A stretch of 34,847 bases of DNA from an uncultured Nitrospina sp. GTDB taxonomy: Bacteria; Nitrospinota; Nitrospinia; Nitrospinales; VA-1. Below are positions 18,948-25,420 of the stretch, piece by piece. The notes beneath the pieces were generated by a model. The model had not been told where the DNA came from and made no database searches. It was given only the letters and a program-made list of their open reading frames with translations. Positions within the stretch are counted from its first letter, which is position 1, and each line of letters begins with the position of its first letter. The position numbers and the translations under genes were made by a program. The stretch spans positions 1 to 34,847 of the forward strand of contig CAZMBO010000001.1 of NCBI GenBank assembly GCA_964564655.1. Reading direction: 5' to 3'.

Positions 18948-19883
18948 TTATTCTTTTGCGCGTGGATGTGCCTGGTCATACGTTTCTACTAGTTTATCAA
19001 TTGTTAGGTGTGTGTATTTTTGTGTGGTGGAAAGGCTTGCGTGACCCAGTAATTCCTGAATGGACCGAAGGTCCGCTCCGCCTTCTAGCAAATGGGTGGC
19101 AAAGGAGTGGCGGATTGAATGAGGAGAAACTTTCTCAGGGAAATTTCCTGTTGTGACGTACTTTTCAATGACTTTCCTAACTCCTCGGGTGGAAATATCT
19201 TTGCCTCGGTAATTTAAAAATAAAAATTCGGTATTTATTTTGGCGGAGCTTAATTTTTCTGTTCGGGCTTTTATATATTTTACCAGTGCTTCACTACATT
19301 TTCGTCCAAAAGGAAGAAGCCTTTCTTTCCCCCCTTTCCCAAGCACTTTAACAATTTGTGTTGCATGGTTCAGGTCTTCAGTTTTTATTGATACCAACTC
19401 GCTGACTCTTATTCCGGTGCTGTAAAATAACTCCAGCATGGCTCGGTCACGAAGGGCTAGAAAACTATCTCCTTTAGGCAAGTCAATCAGGCGAAACATT
19501 TCATCAATAGAAAGAAAGGACGGTAATTTGTTTTCCGTTTTAGGCGCAAGAACGGTTTTCACAACATTATTTTTTAAATGACCTTCGCGACACAGAAAAC
19601 GGAAAAATGAACTTAGAGTGGAAAGCTTTCTACGCATAGTAGAAGCAGAAAACTTTTTATCATATAGAAATGCCAGAAAGGAACGGATGGCTAACCGGTC
19701 TATGGAATCTATTTTAAAGTCAGAGAACTCTCCTGCATGCCCTGACTTTTTTAGAAATTCCTTAAACTGCGAAATATCATTGAGATAACTTTCAATTGTG
19801 TGAGGCGATGCATTTTTCTCTGCCACCAAATAACTCGTGAATTCCTTGATGTAATATTCCACAAATAACCCCTTATTTATCAA
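18948..19883 (-). CDS. xerC: Tyrosine recombinase XerC/XerD family
   Basis: 311 aa. SAM-like N-domain followed by the catalytic RHSFATHLLEGGADLRSIQELLGHASLSTTQKYTH. The classic xerC-hslVU synteny favours xerC. Confidence 0.85.
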   Translation of the reverse strand: MINKGLFVEYYIKEFTSYLVAEKNASPHTIESYLNDISQFKEFLKKSGHAGEFSDFKIDSIDRLAIRSFLAFLYDKKFSASTMRRKLSTLSSFFRFLCREGHLKNNVVKTVLAPKTENKLPSFLSIDEMFRLIDLPKGDSFLALRDRAMLELFYSTGIRVSELVSIKTEDLNHATQIVKVLGKGGKERLLPFGRKCSEALVKYIKARTEKLSSAKINTEFLFLNYRGKDISTRGVRKVIEKYVTTGNFPEKVSPHSIRHSFATHLLEGGADLRSIQELLGHASLSTTQKYTHLTIDKLVETYDQAHPRAKE

Positions 19884-20034
19884 TGTTACAAAGGTAATTC
19901 AATGTTATGCAGAAGTCAAGGCCGAGGCCCCGCTATTACTATTTGAATCTATCGGATATTGAGTTCATAATTATCTGGATTCTTTTTTTGAAAACTCCAT
20001 CTAATATTAAAATGACATAAATCTAGGGAAAGTT

Positions 20035-20571
20035 ATGGCTGATTCCAATAATCAAGAGGATTTCCGAAAAATATCAGAGACTCAACAACGTCTTGATATT
20101 TTGATAGAGCATGTAGAATCTCGAAAAGAAGCTCTTGAGGAAGAAATCCAGGAGCATCTACATGAATCCTTGGCAAATGCGCGAGATTCTATGGAACTGA
20201 TTCAGGAGAACATTGCGCCCAAGGTGGAGAAAGCGATCCACACCAAGATGGAAGAAATTGATCGGAAAATGCGACGATTGAACGAAGACAGCTTGGAAGC
20301 GGTTCGAGAAGAGCTGGAAAAAGCCACACCGGAAATTTCCGAAACAATCCTCGCCGACCTTGATAAATTGGTGGCAGAAAATACCCGGTTTGTAAAAATG
20401 GAAATACTCAATGAAGTTAAAGAAGAACTCAAAAAAACGATCCAGGCCTCATTAACACCTGTTGAAGAAAAACTGGATCGCGAACTACCTACCGCAAAAA
20501 CCTTTTCAATCCTTTCTATAGGTCTGGCTACGTTGGCACTATTCGGAGTGGTCTGGCTATTAATTCGTTAG
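20035..20571 (+). CDS. Tail-anchored coiled-coil protein, uncharacterised
   Basis: 178 aa. About 150 residues are an E/K/L-rich helix, followed by one C-terminal TM helix (FSILSIGLATLALFGVVWLLI). A Shine-Dalgarno-like AGGGA lies upstream. Confidence 0.6.
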   Translation: MADSNNQEDFRKISETQQRLDILIEHVESRKEALEEEIQEHLHESLANARDSMELIQENIAPKVEKAIHTKMEEIDRKMRRLNEDSLEAVREELEKATPEISETILADLDKLVAENTRFVKMEILNEVKEELKKTIQASLTPVEEKLDRELPTAKTFSILSIGLATLALFGVVWLLIR

Positions 20572-20575
20572 TCTC

Positions 20576-20749
20576 TTAGGTTATCAACCAAAAGAGGAAG
20601 AAGAAGAGAATACCGGAGAGGATGACCTGCCATATAAAACTAAACCCAGGACCTGTGAACAATATCAGGAACGATGCTGCACAAAGAATTATAAATGCAA
20701 TTATAAGTCGTGTTCTTTGTTTTAAAATTGGTTCAGGCTCTTGATCCAT
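20576..20749 (-). CDS. Possible 57-aa two-TM membrane peptide
   Basis: Hand translation gives MDQEPEPILKQRTRLIIAFIILCAASFLILFTGPGFSFIWQVILSGILFFFLFWLIT*. It lies downstream of the 157-aa ORF on the same strand. It is below the length cut-off of the ORF track. Confidence 0.3.
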   Translation of the reverse strand: MDQEPEPILKQRTRLIIAFIILCAASFLILFTGPGFSFIWQVILSGILFFFLFWLIT

Positions 20750-20779
20750 ATAATTTTTACCGTAAATAGAAACGGGTTC

Positions 20780-21253
20780 TTAAAAAAATAGTTTTTTAAT
20801 ATCTTCTATGGCAAGAATTTCTTCGGCTTCCTGTAAAACATTAGAAAAATCCAAATCCAGATTCGATAATCCCTGATCTAGTGGACCCAACTGCGGTGAA
20901 GAATCGAAATAGTTTCGAATATCTTTTAGCGAGAATGTGTTCTTGATGCCGACAACGAACTCTTTTAGAAAAAGTTCATAATGTTTAACTTGCTCTAGTG
21001 GTATGCTGTAATGTTCCTGAATGGTTAGGGCATAACTCATTTTTAGAGAGCGTCCCCCTTTATCCAAGGGGTGATCGTTAGAAGTCTCTTCGCTCGGGTA
21101 TAGAAATTGGAGTTTTTTTTGCGCTTTTTTGAGTTGTAGAAAACTCCTTCTAAATTTTTCCCCAATCAGGTAAGACAGCCCATTCTGTATGCCATTCACT
21201 TTGGAAATCTTTAATGCTTCCTCGCAATACTCTTGAATTTGTTCGTTTTCCAT
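20780..21253 (-). CDS. Uncharacterised 157-aa soluble protein
   Basis: Clean ORF with no recognised motif. Confidence 0.5.
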   Translation of the reverse strand: MENEQIQEYCEEALKISKVNGIQNGLSYLIGEKFRRSFLQLKKAQKKLQFLYPSEETSNDHPLDKGGRSLKMSYALTIQEHYSIPLEQVKHYELFLKEFVVGIKNTFSLKDIRNYFDSSPQLGPLDQGLSNLDLDFSNVLQEAEEILAIEDIKKLFF

Positions 21254-21326
21254 AATTTGGGTAATTCATGATAATAAAGGGCTATTATTCTTGTAATTGG
21301 CTAAGAAGTAAACCCATTTGTGAAAG

Positions 21327-21923
21327 TTAGTGGGATTGCGGGATTTTTCCGTAAATACGGGCACATAGATAAGCTAGATAACGGGTCAACGCATGAATAA
21401 AGGGTTCGTTCCCCGTTATCGGCTGAATGTGGATAAAACGCATACCTACGTCAATAGCTCCTCCATCGGTAATATAGTTGTCGCCGATCATACAAATTTT
21501 AAAAGGATCGTTCAATCCGAGAAACTCTTTCATGGCGATTTCGAACCCAGCACGATCCGGTTTAGGTGGCACATTTTTTACAACTTTGACGCCGAGCTTT
21601 TCAAGAGGTTGGAACCGATCTTCTGCAGCGTTTGTATAAATTGCCACTTTTAATCCCTGTTGTAGCATTTTTTGTATGTGAGCCAATATAGATGCATCGA
21701 TATCGCGTGTATGATGTGGACCCATTGTGCCATCCGCATCTATCAAAACTCCTTTTATTCCATCCTGTAAGAGAGTATTTAATGGAACTTCATCGAAGTG
21801 TTTTACCGCGAGATATGTTGATAACCGTGAAGGTTGGAAGGGAAGAGAAAGAAAGCGCGAGACTTTAGCCCAGGTGAGACTTTCGCGCTCAGAGGAAGTA
21901 ATAGAATGGTTTGTTGGAGTCAT
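21327..21923 (-). CDS. HAD-superfamily subfamily IIIA phosphatase, YqeG / PGP-phosphatase (GEP4)-like
   Basis: 198 aa. Motif I is GVLIDADGTM (DxDxT). The downstream IYTNA and MIGDNYITDG motifs are typical of TIGR01668-type HAD phosphatases. Confidence 0.72.
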   Translation of the reverse strand: MTPTNHSITSSERESLTWAKVSRFLSLPFQPSRLSTYLAVKHFDEVPLNTLLQDGIKGVLIDADGTMGPHHTRDIDASILAHIQKMLQQGLKVAIYTNAAEDRFQPLEKLGVKVVKNVPPKPDRAGFEIAMKEFLGLNDPFKICMIGDNYITDGGAIDVGMRFIHIQPITGNEPFIHALTRYLAYLCARIYGKIPQSH

Positions 21924-22005
21924 TTAAAATTTTTATAAAAAACTATTGATAGGTTTAAGCTTTTCAACCATTATGTTTTTCAAAACGTCCCAGGGAGCAT
22001 TGTAA

Positions 22006-22029
22006 AGGTCGAAAAATAGAGGTCGAAAA
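22006..22029 (+). repeat. Exact 10-bp direct repeat AGGTCGAAAA x2 with a 14-bp period, abutting the start codon of the next gene
   Basis: Read directly: AGGTCGAAAA at 22006-22015, atag, then AGGTCGAAAA at 22020-22029, then cc and TTG at 22032. Confidence 0.6.
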
Positions 22030-22031
22030 CC

Positions 22032-23093
22032 TTGCTGAAATTAACTAGATACCAGAACATTTTATCAGTTATCGGTTGTCCTGTTCATTTAAAACCTCTC
22101 ATTCTCTTTTTTATTGTTCTGATTGTTTGGTCATTTGCTCGTGGAGCAAATGCTACAACAGCAGAAGAGTGGTATTCGCAGGCGTTTGAACAGTCTCTCA
22201 ATGCTCAGTATACCAAGGCAATTCAATCTTACAGACAGGCACTCCGATTAAAAAAGAATTGGGCTAACGCCCACCATGGATTGGCTGTTATGTATTTCAA
22301 ACTTAAAGATGGGGTAAAAGCTGCCCATCATTTACGTCTTGCTAAAAAGTTTTACTCGCAGGATGACAAAATCAATCTTGCCATTACCCAGAGGAACCTT
22401 GAAAAAACCTATGCCATGTTTGATCTGAATTCGGATGAGTTTGAGGACTTGGAAACTCTTCACCCCTTAGTGCAGAAGGTGACCTGGACTCGCATTGGAA
22501 ATGGTTTTCTGTTCGGAGAAAAAGGTTACTTATTTACCTTGTTACATAACCTCGGCAAAGCGGATGAGGTGCGAGTCCGATTTATCAATCAGTCTGTCTA
22601 TGAAGCAAAAGTAGTAAAGCGTTATATTATCTATGATCTGGCTCTCTTAAAGCTAGACTTGAAATCTCCTCCGCCAGGGTTGGTGTTTGGGGATTCCTCA
22701 GTCCTTCAGGCGCAAGACTCGGTCCAGTTTATCGACGTAAAAAACAGAGTATTAACGGGGAAATTGGAGGCATTGCGCGCCATTATGAACGACAAGAATA
22801 TTTTTGAGCTTGAGCTTCATAAGAAAAGTGTTGAAGGAATGCCATTATTGAACGATGGAAATCAGGCTGTAGGTATCGTTCTTTCATCTTCAGAGATCAG
22901 TAAAAATTTTCAGGCTGCAGGAATGGCCCCGCAGGGAGAAATTGCTTTGAAGTCCTCTTATCTACAGCGGGTATTTTCTCTATATATAAGTTCGCTGGAA
23001 GGCCCTAAGAAAAGAGGGAGTCAATCTGTAAAGAAAGAGATGAAATCAGGTGACCTCATTTCATCTCTTGCGGTCATAGAGATTCAAAAATAG
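22032..23093 (+). CDS. Membrane-anchored TPR protein fused to a trypsin-like (S1C/DegP-like) domain that lacks the catalytic serine
   Basis: 353 aa with a TTG start. It has an N-terminal hydrophobic anchor and TPR-like helices (YSQAFEQSLNAQYTKAIQSYRQALRLKKNWANAHHGLAVMYFKL). The protease-like blocks are GNGFLFGEKGYLFTLLHNL (His present), YDLALLKLD (Asp present) and KSVEGMPLLNDGNQAVGIV. In canonical enzymes that last block reads GNSGGPLLN, so Ser is replaced here. Confidence 0.62.
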   Translation: MLKLTRYQNILSVIGCPVHLKPLILFFIVLIVWSFARGANATTAEEWYSQAFEQSLNAQYTKAIQSYRQALRLKKNWANAHHGLAVMYFKLKDGVKAAHHLRLAKKFYSQDDKINLAITQRNLEKTYAMFDLNSDEFEDLETLHPLVQKVTWTRIGNGFLFGEKGYLFTLLHNLGKADEVRVRFINQSVYEAKVVKRYIIYDLALLKLDLKSPPPGLVFGDSSVLQAQDSVQFIDVKNRVLTGKLEALRAIMNDKNIFELELHKKSVEGMPLLNDGNQAVGIVLSSSEISKNFQAAGMAPQGEIALKSSYLQRVFSLYISSLEGPKKRGSQSVKKEMKSGDLISSLAVIEIQK

Positions 23094-23109
23094 GAACTCA
23101 GAGGCTAAA

Positions 23110-23784
23110 ATGAGCAATAGCTCAACCAAAACTCTTTCAACTTTAGTGCTTTTTATAGCAGGACTCCTTTTATGTAATCCATTCATAGCAAATGCTTTTA
23201 AGATAAATTTACAACTGACTGGCGATGTTAACTTCCCGGGAATTTTAAAAGTGAATGCAGGGATGGATAAAAAATTCGACCGATTATGTTTTTTAGGGCA
23301 GGACGCACTAGGGATGATTGATTTGTCTTTTTTGGAGACTTTGGCTGAAAATGGGATTCCTGAAGGGGGTTACCAGGTTGCCCATGCTTTTCCAGATGAG
23401 AGATGGCCGGTTCGTTCATTCAGTCCCAATGGTGCATTAAGGTTTTCTCCTTTACCGGAATTGCAGTCAGCTGTTTTTAAAAACTTAGGAAAAAGCGGTT
23501 TAGCAATTCACGCAAAAGATTTTTTCCCGTTGGCCGAAAAATTGACTCAGAATCCCAAAATGATTTTGTTTTTTAACGACCAACTTTTCGAAAAATTAAT
23601 GGAGCGGTGGGGAACCCTTAGAGTCTCAAACTGGGACATGGGCCGCTTTCAGGATTTTTATAAAAGAAATACCCAATCCATTGACCAATGGAAAGTGCGT
23701 GTGGAACAGGTTCCTCTGGAGACTGTGAAATCAATTTGTGAACCCCTCAAAGTACAACGTAAACCAGGTGCTGAACCGGAATAA
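23110..23784 (+). CDS. Secreted protein of unknown family
   Basis: 224 aa with signal peptide LSTLVLFIAGLLLCNPFIANA. It starts 16 nt after the preceding gene, so it is probably in the same operon. Confidence 0.58.
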   Translation: MSNSSTKTLSTLVLFIAGLLLCNPFIANAFKINLQLTGDVNFPGILKVNAGMDKKFDRLCFLGQDALGMIDLSFLETLAENGIPEGGYQVAHAFPDERWPVRSFSPNGALRFSPLPELQSAVFKNLGKSGLAIHAKDFFPLAEKLTQNPKMILFFNDQLFEKLMERWGTLRVSNWDMGRFQDFYKRNTQSIDQWKVRVEQVPLETVKSICEPLKVQRKPGAEPE

Positions 23785-23959
23785 ATTCTATTTTCAGGCA
23801 GCAAATTTGTTTTTTAGTTTTTACTATAGGAGGCCAAATATAAATATATTTCCTTTTTTCGGCTGGCTTTGAGCAGAAATCATCCCTCCGTGGTTTGAGG
23901 CTATTTTTTCACAGTTATTCTTTCTTCCCAGTTCTCATTTATTATCTAACAGGATATTA

Positions 23960-23987
23960 TTGACAAAAGGATGAAATATCATAGAAT
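23960..23987 (+). promoter_or_regulatory. Sigma70-type promoter of the ACL operon
   Basis: TTGACA (23960-23965), a 16-nt spacer, then TAGAAT (23982-23987). This implies a leader of about 130 nt before the ATG at 24127. Confidence 0.5.
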
Positions 23988-24038
23988 ACAGGCCTCGTTT
24001 TACGCTTAACCCTTATAAAAAATTATATTTATGCCGAT

Positions 24039-24057
24039 TAGACCCTAGTAGGGTCTA
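24039..24057. promoter_or_regulatory. 19-bp perfect palindrome TAGACCCTA-g-TAGGGTCTA in the ACL leader (candidate operator or 5'-UTR hairpin)
   Basis: Read directly. It has 9-bp arms and a 1-nt centre. It lies between the predicted -10 element and the GGAGG Shine-Dalgarno sequence of the first ACL gene. Confidence 0.45.
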
Positions 24058-24126
24058 CTTGGCTATTGAACTACTAGAACCTCATTTTCATTTCATTTTT
24101 TTAATCTTGGAGGGCAGGAAAATAAA

Positions 24127-25395
24127 ATGCAGATAACTGGCATGCTTTGGGGAAGAAAATTATTGGACCTGGTGGAATTCCCCCACTCTGAAGTTCGGGG
24201 TCCAGAACTGAGTGTCGATGAAATTAAAGATATGATCAAACGACACGGTCAAGTTTTCATTAAACCCTTATTTAAAGGTGGTGTTGGTAAAAAAGGAAAA
24301 TCTGGCCTGTTAGGCCGGGTTGATAATATAACCGATGCCTTGAAAGAAAAAGAACGCCTTTATTTTTGTGAACATGTTGACGGTTTCAACAAAGTGAAAT
24401 CAGACGGTGTGACATATGAAGGTGCGGTTCCTGCCGATTATGAAGTGTATTTTTCAATTACGGAAAGCACGGAACATCGTTCCCCTGTGATGACGGTCAC
24501 ACATCATGGGGGTGTAGATATTGAAGAGTTAGATTCTGACAAACTTGCAGTGGTTCCATTTGACCCATTGACAGGTTTAAAGGCATTTCATGTGTCGAAT
24601 GCATTGATGGATTTAGGAGCTCCCCCTGAAGTGATAAGCCCCTTAGTTCAGAATTTACCCAAACTTTGGGATTTGTATAACAACTATGGAATGTTGATGG
24701 TTGAGCTCAATCCCATTCGTATGCAACCGGGTAAAGGCGGACGCTTGGCTCCTATTGCCTGTGATTTTAAATGTGCCTTTGATCAGGATGATCCCGCCTG
24801 GAAAAGACTGCATTTGCCTGAACATCTTTTTGCATCTGATTACTCTGAATTTGAACAGGAAATCAATCAGCTTCGTACTTACCAAGGTCAGAGTGATGTT
24901 TTTGTTATGAATGATGAAGGGACTATCACCGCACCGACTTTTGGTGGTGGTGCAAATGCAATGGTTACGGAATTGCTGGGAGAGGATGCAACCATATCCT
25001 CGGATTTTGGTGGTAATCCTCCTTATGAAAAGATGAATGATATTTCTAAAATTAGTTTCAAATATTGGTTGCCGCAGTCGAATGTCCTATTTATTATCGG
25101 TGGTAAAGCCAACAATACGGATATTTATGAAACATTTCGTGCTATGGGGGATGGATTGCGTGAGTTTTTCCAAACGCATGGTCCGATCCCACTTTTTGTT
25201 GTTGTAGGTCGAGGAGGTCCTAACGTGATTCGTGGAATGAATTATCTTCGCGATGTTCTGGATTCTCTTGGATTGCCTTACCGTTTCTTTGGACATGATA
25301 GTGCAATGTCTGAGGTTATCAATTATGCCCTCAAAGTAAATGAGTGGATGAAAAGTGGTGGCAAGGACCAAATAAAAGCTAAATTAAAAATTTAA
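24127..25395 (+). CDS. aclB: ATP-citrate lyase small (beta, ATP-grasp) subunit-like protein, divergent
   Basis: 422 aa. Succinyl-CoA-synthetase-beta / ATP-grasp-like N-half (VFIKPLFKGGVGKKGKSGLLGRV, MVELNPI). The C-half has FGGGANAMVTE...DFGGNPP and a Rossmann segment LFIIGGKANNTD...VVVGRGGPN. There is a strong GGAGGG Shine-Dalgarno sequence, and the gene is paired with the large subunit. Confidence 0.78.
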   Translation: MQITGMLWGRKLLDLVEFPHSEVRGPELSVDEIKDMIKRHGQVFIKPLFKGGVGKKGKSGLLGRVDNITDALKEKERLYFCEHVDGFNKVKSDGVTYEGAVPADYEVYFSITESTEHRSPVMTVTHHGGVDIEELDSDKLAVVPFDPLTGLKAFHVSNALMDLGAPPEVISPLVQNLPKLWDLYNNYGMLMVELNPIRMQPGKGGRLAPIACDFKCAFDQDDPAWKRLHLPEHLFASDYSEFEQEINQLRTYQGQSDVFVMNDEGTITAPTFGGGANAMVTELLGEDATISSDFGGNPPYEKMNDISKISFKYWLPQSNVLFIIGGKANNTDIYETFRAMGDGLREFFQTHGPIPLFVVVGRGGPNVIRGMNYLRDVLDSLGLPYRFFGHDSAMSEVINYALKVNEWMKSGGKDQIKAKLKI

Positions 25396-25420
25396 CCTAT
25401 CGTAACCGTTGGAGGTTTGA

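Noticed and set aside
18948-19883. The tyrosine recombinase as a possible integrase marking a mobile element or genomic island.
   Set aside because: It has the XerC/D-type N- and C-domains and sits in the classic xerC-hslV-hslU arrangement. There is no adjacent tRNA, direct repeats, excisionase or cargo genes. It is housekeeping dimer-resolution machinery.
23866-23912. GGCTTTGAGC / GGTTTGAGGC similarity downstream of the 224-aa ORF, and GGTTTGAGCC near 15977, considered as a dispersed repeat or a terminator.
   Set aside because: The copies are direct, short and imperfect, and they do not form a stem. I cannot show that they exceed chance.
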